A stretch of DNA of 64,000 bases from Glaucostegus cemiculus (lineage: Eukaryota): contig CDPCPM010000269.1 in the NCBI GenBank assembly GCA_976551045.1, forward strand, positions 3,968,001 through 4,032,000, given 5' to 3'. Under the pieces are notes generated by a model, which saw nothing but the letters and a program-made list of their open reading frames with translations, was not told the DNA's origin and did no database searches. This document shows positions 12,506-26,029 of this stretch, piece by piece; position 1 is the stretch's first letter, and each line of letters begins with the position of its first letter. The translations under genes and the position numbers were made by a program.

Positions 12506-14704
12506 TGCTGAGTATGAGAACTACTTCTCGCCTCTGGTTATGGCAAGAAAAATGATTTTGGAAAAAAAAACTGATGTGCAAAGCGAACTTTCGAGATAAA
12601 ACAAAATGTATCTGGGGAATTCGAACCACGAGTGAATGAATAACTCAGCATTCAGTCATATGCTGTGGGAAAAAAAGATTAATAATTAAGACCACAGCAA
12701 ATTAACACCAAGGTACCTTATCTGCAACACAAGAAACTGACATAATAAATGAAATTTGCTTGAAGGGATGTTTTGCTTCATTTGAAAGAATGCTGTATGC
12801 AAGCAATACAGCAAACCCTGCCTCCAAGCACTGGCCAGGAATCTATAATGTAGTCTAACTCATTACTTGGTTAACCAATAAGGTATTGCAATTGTATTCC
12901 CATAACCAGATTAAATTGAAATGGCTGATGACCTAAAAGCACATACATCTAATAATATTTTGTGTATATCAAGGTGAAAGTTGTTCTCGCTGCAAAATGT
13001 GGCATTTTTCTACCTCAAGTTTTTCAGTGGGCTACACTTTTGAGTTCATGAATGGAATGAAAATTAAATGAAGCAAGTAATCTGCTCCTTAGGTTATCGA
13101 GCAGGTGGTGAAGACAAAAATCTGTTTGGAAGGCCTGGACTTTTATCCTGGAGCTGAGATCTGTTTGAGGAGGCTGTTAGAAAATTGTATTTCCTGAATT
13201 CTGAATGTCTTTCAGAGCTGCTTTAGGTGGAGCTCCTGCCTGCAGGCAGACTGTAGGCAGGAAACTTGCTTGACAAGGAGGAAAAACAAGCTTACAAGAG
13301 CAACTGTGTTGCAGTAAATGAGATTGGATGGGGCTTCGGCTTCTGCAGAGCTATTGGTCTTTATTGTGCCACGAAATAGAGTAGATGAATCTGCCAGTGA
13401 ACCAGGTGCAGGGTGAGAGAGGCTGGTGTCCTGGAGAATGTGGTGGCTGAGGAAACTAGAAGATTGCAAGAGAGCAGGAAGATCCCAGAGTGCAATGATT
13501 GAAGGCTCTTTAGTGTTGCTGATCACTAAGGCAAATAACAGAGAGAGAGCTACCAACAGAGCATTCTTTAGAGAAGACCAACAACTCTCAACTAACAGCA
13601 GTACCTGGTACAACAGTGGATCAAAAGTCAGACCACATGATACAGGTGCACTTACACATCACACAGAGCAAGTTTGTTGGACTCGGAAGAAACACTCCTC
13701 CAAGACGACAGGCAGTGTTGCACACTGGATTCTGTCCTTTTTTGCTCCTCTAATTTTCTAGGTTTACTTGATATTGGTCGTAAATGTACTGTTACAATGA
13801 TGGCATTAGGGTCAATATAATATTCAAATGGCTAACCTGTTTCCCTACAAGCAATTGGCACCCTACCTCATTAGCCACCTGGGTTAAAACTGGAACCAGG
13901 AGTGTTTAATTGGGTTTGGTTGCCATTCCATTTTGATAGTTAACCTGTGAAATAGCAACGAGCTTAACATTTTAGGGAGTTAAAATTCAAGCCCTTAATG
14001 CTGGACTCATCTGGTTTGGGACTTGAAGATGCTAATCAAAAATGCCAAATGTGGTGATTCTTATGATCAATCAGTGCTGATGAAAGCGGGAAACTAAAAT
14101 AAGTTCTGTGGGAAGGAACCATTTTGGAACAAAATTTCTCTCCGTGTTTGTCTAACGGGATACATAATGCAGAATTGTTCTCTCATCCTGCAGTGACTCA
14201 TTCTGGGCTACAATGACATACATCTGACAGTCCTTTCAGCAGCTTACTCTATTCTTCTGTATGTCCTGCTGATAAATATTGCTTGAACAAGCACAATGTG
14301 AATTGATATCGGCAATGAGCAGAAGAATGCCAATGGGAAAAAAGCCCTCATGCAGACTTCAAAGGATTAGTACTTTGGCAAGTGAAAGGGATGTAACAGG
14401 CAACACGGGTAAACTGTCTGTTTAAGGTCTACTCTTGAGTAATCCAGCAGTTTTCTTTGTCCCTCGCCTGAACCTGTGAATGCTTCACTTAACAGACGCC
14501 TTAAACTTAATGATCATGATTAAACTAACTAACTGAGAGAACTAAGACTGGAAGGTGGCCATGGTCATGACAATAACCATGTTTTGTTATGACATTAACC
14601 ATGTATGGTCATGCTGATGAATGGAGATATGTTTGTCCTATTCTTATAGTTATCATACATTTAAGTACAGAAACTGAATGCACTCTCTCACACACCTTCA
14701 TTAC

Positions 14705-15130
14705 TGTCCTTATTAGCCTGCATGACCCCCACACCCAACTCCCATGAATCGCTACTGTGAGCAGATCTAAGGAGAAGTGTGAAGCCAGCAGGGTCCAGGC
14801 ACCTGTGATCAGAGTTCTTTCAATAAGGCCAGCTCCAGGTCCATAGCTTGCTATGATGGCTGTCCAGTCTGAGTACCAACAGTTCATCGTGAGGTTGTCT
14901 GCTGTGCAGGTTCAGGGCATTGATGTCCCTTCTCATTGCAGCTTCCACCATGGTGTCTGAGGCATCACGTTCACCCATCCCACAGGCAGCCTTCCAAGAC
15001 TGACTGGAATTGACCCTGGGAAGTAACTTGGTGGTGACCCACCTCGGCAAGAGCTTCTCATGGATCATCAAGGATATCAATATAGGTTCCAAGAGAAAGG
15101 GAGCAAACTTCCAGCAGCCAAATGGCAATC
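14705..15130 (-). mobile_element. Decayed RTE-clade LINE 3' end
   Basis: Minus ORF contains MRRDINALNL, resembling the RTE C-terminal K-R-D-x-K-A-L-N motif, then W-rich and Cys/His-like remnants. Confidence 0.5.
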
Positions 15131-16599
15131 ACACATTGGAAACTGCAGTATAATGCTGTGACATCAAAACCCACATATAATATAGTAAATCAGGAAAGAC
15201 AACAAACATAATTTTCAATTTTTCTATTATTTGATTTGTGTATCATTATGTAAGATAGAGATAAATAAGCATGATTCAAATACACTGTCATTTAGAGCAA
15301 ATGACATTTTTCATTGTGCAGTGATAAGTGGCATTGGTGTGGCAGCTACTAGCTTTTTCTGCAGATTTGCCATGCCTCACCTGGAAAAGTTGCTCTTGAA
15401 GTGTTGCCAGCAATATCGCAACCAGTTAATATGTCAACAGCTGAATACTTGAGGTCGTGGTCCATTTTAGTTGTAGCCTACTCTGTGGACTTTGGAATAG
15501 GTTAAGCCATCCGCAGAAAGTTGTGAAACTGCCAACTCGGATGTCTCTTGTCATAAGATAATGATAGAAGCAGTAAAATAGCACAATGTGCTCCCCATTG
15601 TACTGAGACTGTTCCATAACAGCCATATTGGAGCAACTTTGAGCTCCAATTTGTTTTGGTAAGGAGAGGTGCTAATTGTGACATCATTAGGTGTGTGGCT
15701 AACACTGTAAAAGGCTTAGTTGTGCCAGTGTGAATAGAAGATGAAAGTGCTCAGTCTGATATCACAATGGATACAATTTCAACAAAAAAATAATCGTTAG
15801 TGCAATCTGTTTGGGGTTCAATGAAATTTTGCACACTGGTGATTTAGCCAAAGGCAACCACTGAATCTGAGAAACAAACTTTAGTTAGAAATGACCTGAA
15901 ACTATATTTTAAATATGTGTCATCCTTGGACAGGTACTAATCCGAGATACTCAGACAGACATGAAATATCTTTCAACGTGTTTGGCGATGGAATCCTTTG
16001 TTCCTTAGCCAATATTTATTTGTCAACTGACATAACTAAACTAGATTTCCTCATGGAGTTTGCTTTGCACACATTTGACACATTCTTGTTTTATAACAAC
16101 AAATGTTCTTCCAGAGTACTTCATTGTCTGTAAAGTAGTTTAGCATCTCCCATGGTTATGAACTTGCTAAGTAAAGATTAATCATTCTTTGATTTTTTTT
16201 TCTTTCCAACTCTTTCATTGCTGTTTTAACAGTCTTCTTCTCAGCAGGATATCAGCACAAATTAAGTAGTCAATTCCAGTGAAGAGGACCGTAGAACAAT
16301 GAAATGCTCCCAAGCTAACTAGTATAAGACATTTTGGCACTGTGGTTTTATTCATAAATATCCAGCTGTTAGTTGATCACATATGTGCTTTAAGAAGGGG
16401 CAATAATGTATGTTGAAAGAGTTTCACAGGGACATTTGAACAAAATTCCTTTTTGCATACCATTTGGTCACATGAATGATGTTTGCAAAATGATATCAGA
16501 CACAAACCCTGGTCTGTGTGTAACAGGCACTTAATTTTAACATATTCTCACTTATTCATCGTATGCAATGGGGTAGGTAATAAATCAGAATGTATAGCC

Positions 16600-17700
16600 A
16601 GTTAATTGGCCTTGAAAAGATGTTGATGAGTTTCTTGAACTGTTGTGGTAAACGTGGGGAAAGCTTCCGTCAATCTGATTGCAGAGAGTTGCAAGATGTA
16701 ATTCAAGTGAAGGAAAGGCAACATGCTGTATGACCTGGAGGTGTTGGCAGTCCCAAACATCTACTGCCACTGTCCTTCGAACTAATAGATATTGAAAGTT
16801 TGGAATATAGTTTTGAAGAATTTGCTGCAATCTTTCTTGTCAATAGTACACACTATACCACTGAGCACCAGTGAAAGTGAATTAATTTTTAAGTTGATGC
16901 TTCGGGTGCTTTGTCCAGGTTAATGCCAAATACCTTGAATGTTTTTGGAGTTGAACTCATCCAGACACATGGAGAGTATCCTTTCACTCTCTTGATTTGC
17001 TCTATGTTGGTGGCAGAAAAGGCTTTGGAGAATCATTAGAGAATCCCCAGCCCCTGATCTGCATTTGTGGCCACAACATTAAGCTTCCAGCTAATGGTAA
17101 CCCACAGGAAGTTGTGGCCGACAAATCAGTGACGGTGATGTAACAGGAGGAGATAAGACCATATATTGCTGGACATGATCATTGATTGGCACTTGGGCAG
17201 CATCACTATTACTTGCCTCTGAAAAGTCTATCTGAAAGTTGTCTAGGTGTTGCTGAATGATGTTCATTCACACACCTGCGCACTGTGTATGCAAGAGGCA
17301 TGAAGAAGTCTGAAGTTCCATCATGGAACATAATACATGCTGGCAACAGTTCACAACCATCCCATATTATGTATAAAGAATCCCATTGATGAAATGTACT
17401 GCTCTGATTATTTATTTATATGGTTTAAATGACTTGGCACTACTTTACCACTGCATTGAATTCCTATTCTCAAGAAATTCACATTGCCACTCCGTTTGGC
17501 AAACCCTTCTGGCTTTGTCAATAAATTACCACAATTTTGGATCAAGCTCAACAATGCCCAGTTGGTAAAGCAGCAAACTGTGAACCACTGGAAGTCACAT
17601 CCTAGTCACTATTCTCTCATCTGCTTGGAAGACTCCTTGTATTCAAGCTCATATGCTGAAGGTTAATGTAATATTCTTAAAAATTTCAATGCAAGATACT
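16600..17700 (-). mobile_element. Old CR1-superfamily LINE 3' region (related pieces at ~24200-24420 and ~40555-40900)
   Basis: ctcatccagacacatggagagtatcc..aggctttggagaatca..ctgatctgcatttgtggccaca..aatggtaacccacagga matches a common elasmobranch LINE RT in antisense. Confidence 0.6.
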
Positions 17701-17924
17701 CTCAAGGGTGAGATATTCTACAAACTTGTTACTGTATCTATTGAATTATTCAGTACCTTTAAAATTTATTTTTTCATCTTAGTTCCTCGTACACAAATCC
17801 AACAAAAATGTGTACGTTGGTATTGAAAGTGCCATTTATTTGAACAACTCCACACTTGCCTGGGAGAAATTTGTTCTTGCTCAGTTATGCTTGGAAGCCA
17901 GTAGTATCATTGTCTATGGAATAT

Positions 17925-18130
17925 TTCACGCAAAGTGAAACCAGAGGGTGGTCCGTATGTGGAATGAACTGCCAGAGGAAGTGGTTGAGGCAAGTACATT
18001 AACAACATTTAAAAGGTACTTGGACAGGGACAGTTCAGAGGGATATGGGCTAAAGGTGGGGAAATGGGACTAGATTAGATGGCGTGGACCAGTTGGGCCG
18101 AAGGGCCTGTTTCCTTGCTGTATGACTCTG
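17925..18130 (+). mobile_element. CR1 3' end fragment, relatively young
   Basis: cagagggtggtccgtatgtggaatgaactgccagaggaagtggttgaggc..gggccgaagggcctgtttccttgctgtatgactct. Confidence 0.9.
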
Positions 18131-18359
18131 AAATTACAATGCTCAGGCAGAAAATCAAATTAAGCTTTTATAAATAATTTTATGGATTGTGCCGAAGAAG
18201 ATACAAAAAAAAAACATCTGCCACACCTGCAGATCCACTATTTTTTACTGATAAATGAGAAATAATTCATAAACAAAAATACATAAATAATAGTGTACAG
18301 TTAGGTGATACCAAACCTGCAGTCAGAGCACCTTTCTGACTCATGGAGAGGAAGATAGT

Positions 18360-18780
18360 GGCACATCGGTAGCAATAGTAAAAACTTTTTTTTAAGCTGT
18401 TCCGGAGTCCAGGGGGTCATTAAAGATTGCTAAGGACATCTTAAATGGACAGTAAAGAGATGACTGCAATATTAAATGTGTACTTCACTTCAGCCTTCTG
18501 TCTTGTAAACAATGTCTAACAACCAGATGTGAACTCCACATGAAGTAGTAAAATTGTAAATAGTAAAATACCCAAGGATATCTTCTGGAATACAGTAGGG
18601 AAATTTCAATTAGAGCTGACTACTGGTCCAAGTGATATCCACGCGCAGGTGAATAATGGCTTTGTGTGGCCTTTCCCTGTAAGTTTAACGACACACTGGA
18701 GTCAACAATTATAGTTTTAGATTGTAAGGATGCTCATCCAGTTCTGTTTTGACACATTCCAAGAAGTTAAAAGTCTGAAG
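18360..18780 (+). mobile_element. Old CR1 ORF2 internal fragment
   Basis: Remnants of ILNxYFxSxF, GPxDIH and DxKxA pre-RT motifs. Confidence 0.5.
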
Positions 18781-19277
18781 TTAGTACCTCTGCGGTGTAC
18801 TAATGTAAATATATAAATAAAACATATGATGCAGAACAGAGTGACCCTATCATGTGTATAAGCAGCAATAGGTAGTTTGTCTTGCTCTTAGCCCTCAATA
18901 AAGAATATACCTTTGGGTTGAAACTCATGTCTTGTAGACATTAGAGCTTCCCAGGACAATTCCAAGCCCATCCCAAAATACATTACAACTGGTGGTGATG
19001 ATGGTTCTCCAGTTTGGATTGGAACCTTGGAAAAGTCACAAGAGTTGTCCTGGCATCTCCAAAGAACTGGTCCCTGGGTCCTGCTCATCAGAGAACTCTG
19101 GGAAAATCTCTACAGTTATGCAAAAACAGCAGCAAGAACAATAAGAGACGGCTCGAAATTCCAAATCGGTTGAGCAGTGTCAGTGAGTTGCCTTTACACT
19201 GGTTTTGGAGGGTCGGGGAGAAGAAACTCAGTGATTTTGGCACAGCAATGATCTTAAAATGCCAAACGGGGCAGAAT

Positions 19278-19570
19278 AGTGGCACAGACAGTGGACCTCC
19301 AGTGATCCAGGTTCAATCCTGACCTCTAGTGCTGCCTGTATGGAGTCTGTTGCACATTATCCCTGTCACCACATGGGTTTCCTCCCATATCCCAAAGCAG
19401 GTTATTTGACTAATGTAAATTGCCCTGAAAGTGTAGTTGCATGGTCAAATCTGGGGAGAGTGGGGGAGCTGATGTGAATATGGAGAGATCAAAATAGGAT
19501 TAGTGTAAATAGGATCTTGGCACAGACTTGATGGGCTGAAGGGTCTATTTATTTGCTGTATGATCTTTTA
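19278..19570 (+). mobile_element. V-domain tRNA SINE with CR1-type tail
   Basis: ccaggttcaatcctgacctc..gggtttcctcccatatcccaaag..gatgggctgaagggtct tail. Confidence 0.8.
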
Positions 19571-20829
19571 TCCTTGACTGCACCACCTGATTTTTGAGGT
19601 AAAAATTAATGCAGGGCAAGGAATAGAATGACAAAAATTAATTCTAATAATACTGGACAAGTTGCTTGGTTTTGGGTGTGGTTTGCAGGATAGGGCTTGC
19701 TTTGGGCAGAACAATGACCATCCCCACTGTATGAGAGAAGATCCAGAGGTAGCTTGAGCTCAGTGGACCAAGGTGTCTTCTGTCACCATGAACGTTGTAT
19801 GAAATTGTCGTCAGTAACTGAAAGAGAGAAAAAAATTATAACACAGGATCTTCCCGTTATCTGATCCTGAAATCTGACCACTAAAGTCTAAAAATAATAC
19901 TTCATGCCATCAAGAAAAAAGCAAAGATAAGAGCAAAGTGCTTCTTTTTCCCGAAAGCTAGCTGTTTACACTTTAATCTCAGTAAACCTTTCTCTCCCCT
20001 CTGTGTTAGGAATCTGGACGTTTCCTTCTGGTTCACTGTCAAAAACCACTGATCTTCACAGCATCAGCATTATTTGGGGAATCTCTGAAATTCACGGACA
20101 TGTGGCTATCACCAACATTAGGAAAATTCAGGATAAAGGCTGGGCAGGGATGGTAATTCATAGAATGTTACAGATCATTGTGCCTGCACTATCTCTTGAA
20201 GAGAGCACTTTGAAATCCCAGTTAGTGCCAGTGAGCGATTTATCCAAGCTCAGATTGGTCCTGCCAGGCTCAAGCTGGTTCCTCGTGCTCAGGCCCAGGT
20301 TAGTGCCTGATATTCTAGCCTAGGGTTGTTGTTGCTGCTCGGGCAAAGATTCTTATGTGGGACCTGAGGACAGAGCTGGATCCAGCACTGGGGGGGATGC
20401 TTGGACCCTGGCCTGGGATGGGTGGACTCCATGGATATGGGTCCAGCAGGCAGTGAGTTTCACCTCCACTCGAGCTCCACCAATCACGGGTACACCACCT
20501 GGATAACACGTGGCAGAGGGAATCAGGGAAAATTAGGAAATAATGTCACCATCCAGTCCTTTTAAAGAGCTGAGGTTGTCCTGAACCTCATCACTTGTGG
20601 CCTTGGTTCACTTTGCAGGAAAGTTAGCATCCCATATCAATGTCACATGGCATAGACAGCTATATTTTCCATTATGCAATATTCCATATAATTAATGATT
20701 GTTAGCATCCCATAGTTGGATTAGAAATAAAATGGCAGCTCAAGGAAGTCTCATCGGCTGTCTAAGGCTCATAATAAGGCTTTTGAATAATTTGTATCCC
20801 ACATGGTGAGTTTGCGTTTGGAGGACTGT

Positions 20830-21390
20830 TTTCCAGACAGTATCTTCAAGGATGCTTACACAGGAATAACCAGCTACAAGGCACAAACCTGGTGTCAAAC
20901 CAATTGACTGTAATTTAAGGGGAGACACAGGGGGCTACAGATGCTGGAATCTGGAGCAATGCACAAAATGCTGGAGGAGCTCAGCAGGTCAGGCAGCATC
21001 TATTGGAGGGAAATTGACAATTGAAACCCTTTGTCAACTGTCAATTTCCCTCCATAGATGCTGCCTGACCTGCTGAGTTCCTCCAGTGTTTTATTTGTTA
21101 CTGTAGATTAAAGTTGGTTTCTTGTCCTAAAGGAGCCAAGTGGAAGAAAAGCTCAAGAAAGAGAAAGTAATGGGAGTTTTGGTCATAGTAACTCAGAACA
21201 TCTGCGCAGCCTCAGTAGTGGTCGTCCCAAAGGCAGATAAAAGAGTAAGACTGTGCAGTACTACAAAGCAATTTTACTTGAGATGGTTAATGATGAACAA
21301 TATTCCTCGCAGATATCCCTGGATCTTGCCAGAATCCGACCATTTTACTCAACTTGATTTGACAGCTTTCATGGATGGGGACCACATCCC
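20830..21390 (+). mobile_element. Ty3/Gypsy pol (RT N-terminus) relic, interrupted at ~20922-21103
   Basis: KPGVKPIDC before the insertion. After it: EEKLKKEKVMGVL..AASVVVVPKADKRVRLC and FTQLDL, matching Gypsy RT WAAPxVxVPKxxxxRLCxDY and FxKLDL. Confidence 0.75.
20922..21103. mobile_element. Palindromic Penelope-derived mini-element with centre deleted
   Basis: Arms 20971-21024 and 21034-21086 are near-perfect inverted repeats of about 53 bp. Confidence 0.8.
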
Positions 21391-22129
21391 TTAAGTGTAT
21401 CCTCAAACAGCCAGAGGTGCAGCTTATTCCAAAGATAAAAGTTAATCACTTGCAGCCTGTTAAAGGCAAAGCTTATGCTTTCATGTAAACCAAACGTCCA
21501 GAGAATAAGAAAAAATAATATTCCATATTCTTGCCTGGCTCTTGGATTGGCCATTGTGACAACATCATGAATGTAAAACAAAATTGTACTGAGATGCAGG
21601 TGAAATTGTATGATCAGTGTAAGTGCAGTTTTTCCAGTTAATTTTGAGAAAAACCCTAAGCCTGGCATGTTAAGGTACAGGCATTGTCATCAGTCATGAT
21701 AATGTGCAGGAACAACCTGTGACATTTGCTTTGCATGCTCTTACAAAGGCAATATGATTTGCAAACTGACAAGAAAGTACTATCAAGTATTTTCTGTCAG
21801 GGTCAAGTATACAACTGAGGAACTCAAATCAGTTGAGAGACCAGATCTGTAATGGTTATGTTCATACACTTGTTTCTAAAGAAAAAAAGGAGAATGGTAA
21901 ATTTATATATAACGTGAAAGTCGTATGAGTATAGAATATGACAAAGTTACCATGTAACCGAAGAACTATGTGTTGGTATGCCTTGCTGTTGGTCCTCAGT
22001 AAACATTCCAGTTCTGAAGTTCCTCTGTCCTGTAGAGATTATTGTGATTAGAACTTGCCAGCAGTCCAAGAATGGCCCAAGGTTATCCCAAAATGCATTA
22101 CAAGGCCTTGATTAACTAAAGGCCTTCAG

Positions 22130-23500
22130 TACTCAGTTAGAGCACAGAAAAGAGCATGTAGAGAAAACAAAGATTGTTATTAGATCTTGCTGAAATCTAA
22201 TGGAAAACAGGATTGTAGACAATTGTGAAAGTAATGAGAAAAGCTTTCTCGTTTATGTGAAGAGTGGGGGAGTAGTCACGGTGTTGGGCTGTTGAAGGAT
22301 GTTAAAGGATAGATTACAAATGACCTACTGGTATGGCTGACGTATTCAATGAGGATTGCCACAGCCTCAGTCTTCAAGATGATACTTGACTGTGAGACTT
22401 GAATGATCTTATTGCTGGAACCACCACTGATGTTGTATTGTTTTGGGAATAATTAAAAACTTGAAAATAGATGGGTGATGGAAGGTGGTGGTGTTTGGTC
22501 TTTGAGGAGTCTCTATATACTTAAAACTTCACTTTGGGAGAGCTCCATTAGACTGGAAGGAGGGTTGATTAGTTTGATGTCAGGAATGGGAAGGGTACTT
22601 GAGGAAATCATTAGAAATGCAATAAATGATAGCTCAGACAAAATGGGACATGTTATGGACACCTGCTATGGGTTTACAATGAAATCATGTCTTCTCAATC
22701 CAATTGCATTTTGGAATCGGTTCTGAAGATGTGACAAGATACTGCACAAGAGGGCCTGCTACTGGAATGAACCTTCAAGTATTAGTAGCAATACATTGGG
22801 CTGGATTAAAAAAAAATCCTGGGGTAATATAAAGGGAAACTTTCCACAGAGTGAGTGTTTATGGAATATACCATATGAAAGTATAACAGATGGAGATGGT
22901 AGTTTTCAAAATGGAATTGAATAAATATCTGAAGATTTAAAAAAACATTCAGGACTACAGGTAATAGGACTGATGGGATTGAACTTGAAGGATACAGATG
23001 GAAAGTAGTTATGGATGGATTTCAATCTGCTTGGAGATCAGTCAACAGTGGTGTGCCATTGGGTTCCAGGTCAGGAACACTGTCCTTTGGTTTTATTTAT
23101 ACCCTGCACATAGGCATTGAGGGCACAATCTTTAAATTTAAAGACAATGCAAAACTCAGTTCAAGTGAGAGTCCTGTGAATAATTTCCAATTGTTTCAGG
23201 TCTTGGAGGTTTGGACTTCTGATTGGTAAATAACTCCTAATTTGGAAAGGTGCAGCACTATATATCTGGGCAGGGTGAATGCTCAACATTGCAGTGTTGT
23301 TTAGGGTAAGCACTAAAAAATAATGGAGAATGAGACTGATCTGAGTGTCTTAATGCACATCTTTCCAAAAGTTTAAGAGCAATGTCATGAATTTATGAAT
23401 GAGGTGCATTCATAAATTCATGACAGTAGATTATAAGAAGTTTTGAGTGCAAAATCTTGATCTTGCCTTACATGGAATTCTGTGCACAAGTTTGATCATT
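22130..23500 (+). mobile_element. Old CR1 ORF2 RT relic with a nested CR1 tail (~22810-22990)
   Basis: ORF remnants YGFTMKSCLLNPIAF, SAWRSVNSGVPLGS and FKFKDNAKL match CR1 RT (HGF..KSCLTNL, VxSGVPQGS, KFADDTKL). Confidence 0.75.
23383..23425. repeat. Perfect 19-bp inverted repeat with 5-nt loop
   Basis: tgtcatgaatttatgaatg-aggtg-cattcataaattcatgaca. Confidence 0.95.
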
Positions 23501-23597
23501 GCATTTGTTCCTTCAGGTTATTCTTTTGATAATAACAAAATCTATTTTAATTTATTGCAACTTGCATCTTTCAGAAAAAAAAATCTATAATCATGGA

Positions 23598-24050
23598 TGT
23601 AGAACTGTTGCAACATACAAGGAGTCTGTTTGGCCCAACAAAGTCTGTGTTGGCTTCAAGTGGAGCAATCCAATCAGTCCCAGTTTCATGTGCTCTACCC
23701 ATAGTCCTGAATTTTTTTTAATGTTCAGATATTTATTCCATTTCATTCTGAAAATGACTAATCTCCATCTGTTATACTTTCATTCAGTATATTCCACATC
23801 ATAAACTCTCACTCTGTTGAAAGTTTCCCTTAATATTACCCTTGGATATTTTTTCAATCACCTAAATCTAGTCCTCGACACCTCTGCTGATGGGAATAGC
23901 TCCTCTTTATTTACTCTAACTAAACTCTTCAAGATTTAACACACTTCCATCAAATATCCTATCAGCCTGCTGTGGTTGCAAGGAGGTCAGTTCCAGCTTC
24001 TCTATTCCATTCTTCACCTACTGGACCATTTTCATTCAACCTGTATTATT
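23598..24050 (-). mobile_element. Old CR1 3' fragment
   Basis: Antisense CR1 tail (ctgtttggcccaacaaagtctgtg..ttccacatcataaactctcactctg..cctctgctgatgggaatagc). Confidence 0.65.
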
Positions 24051-26029
24051 CTTGCATCAAAATTATTTGCACCAGAATTTGGGAAGCTCTGGGAGGAGTG
24101 ATGAATACATGGAGAGAATAAATCAGGATTAATGGGTGCTTGATGGTTGGTGTGGGCTTGTTTCTGTGCACTTTCAACCTATGATTCACTCAGTCGACAA
24201 CTGTCAGGAGAGATTTTGTTGTTTTAAAAGTTGGCCAGATATGCTGTTGAACTCTTTGAGAAGTGAACTGCTTCTCTTATCTACTGTAAACGAGTGCAAA
24301 TTGTTTCATCACATTCCTTGACTAGTGGTTTGTGGATGCTGTTGAAGGCTTGGGAAGCAGGAGATATGCTGCTTACCCTGAAGGTGGTGTAACCAGAGAA
24401 CCTATGAGGACTTCAATCTTGAACATATAACTTACCTGATAAAGAATATCCTTGTCATTATGAGATTAACTTCTAAACGACGAGTGAATTTCTTCAAATT
24501 CTCATTGAAGGTGGCTCTGTAATTTTAATGGAAGCCTCAAGCACGTAGTTTCTTCTGAACTTCTGGTGAAGTCACTGTGCTGCAGTGGGAGGAACTGTGA
24601 CCATGGAGGCCAGTTGAGGTGAGTTAATTGAAGTTTCTGTGTTTCTGAAGTAAAGCGACAAAACAGAACTTCAGAAATTGGTCACTTTCGGAAAGGGCTC
24701 AAATACAGAAGTAAAAGATGTTGTTTTTACAAGCCTTGTAGTAAAGGATGCTAAGTGGATTTTAGTTTTGCAGGAAGAGTAATCAAGCTAGGAAATAGTG
24801 AAAAGTAAGGAAATCTTTCTCTTGGCTCCCAGAATTAGAGTTTGCAAATACTACAGTATCCACTGCCTGTTACATTTCCCCCCAGTATTCTGTTCCCTGA
24901 ATGTCAATGAATCAAATATTGAGGGATAAGTACAAAAAGGTAGCTGATATCATTAGTCAATGCCTCTCTGGTTTTCTATACAGAGGTCTGGTCAAATCTT
25001 GATTCAATTAAATATTTTCATATCTTAGAAATATCATGTTTTCTAAGTGCTAGGTGAAAGAATTATATTCCAAAGTTTTCAAGAAATACAGAACTGAATT
25101 AGCTTCAATGCACCAGATGGGTATTATTTCTGTTAAAGTGTGTCTGTCTTTGTCTGCAAAGCATTGACATTTATTTTTGAACACTCAGTACATCTTTTCT
25201 CTAATAAAGAACAAATTCTCCATCACAAAACCCCAATGGTCTCAAACTTTTTCTCAAAAATATCTCTAATTGGGTTATAAGAGAAAAACAGAGAAGATAA
25301 CCGGATCACTTCCTCCTATCACTACAGCAACAAATAAGACTTAGGAAGCACTAATATGTGGTAATATCAAAAAATCCTTCTACCTCTTTATTGCACTTTC
25401 TCACAACTAAGTTAAACTCCTACTACTTTCTTGAAATATTTCCACTAGATCTATTTTAGCGTATCTTATGGCTGAAGAAAGTTTTATTATATCTGCCTTT
25501 AGTTTTCTGCAAAAGGAGATTTGTTATGCCTTTTAACTTGTTTAGCATTTGATTGAACTGTTCTCAAGTGTTTAAATTCAGCACTTCTACCAAAAGTGAG
25601 TGAGACACAACTCCATTTTGCTGGTCAGAGGAAATAAACACATTCACAGCAGCCTGGAAACTGTAGTTTGATGAAATGCATTGTTTGATTTGTCAGATAC
25701 TTAGGGATATGCAGTCAACTGTCCTCACTGCATTTGAACTGACATGAATAGTGGTGTATATTATTCATGCTAATGTGATGTTACTCCCAATGGTCATTAA
25801 TGTACAATATGTAAACCCTAATGAAATAATTGGGTGGCAAAATGCTAGTTAGAGTGTGTATTTCATGACACATAGGTCTACCAGTAAATCAAGTGATAAG
25901 TTGAGTTTGTTTTCAGCTGTGCTGCCAGGCATCGTTCAATGATGAACAACTCCTCTGAGATGTTTTTGCAGAGCACAAGGGATCAGTGAACCGTGCCGAA
26001 CATGATGCACGCACAATTAGAACAAAACA

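Noticed and set aside
25933-26003. Box C/D snoRNA (ATGATGA..CTGA..CCGA)
   Set aside because: The terminal D box is non-canonical, there is no clear C' box, the terminal stem is weak and I recognise no rRNA guide.
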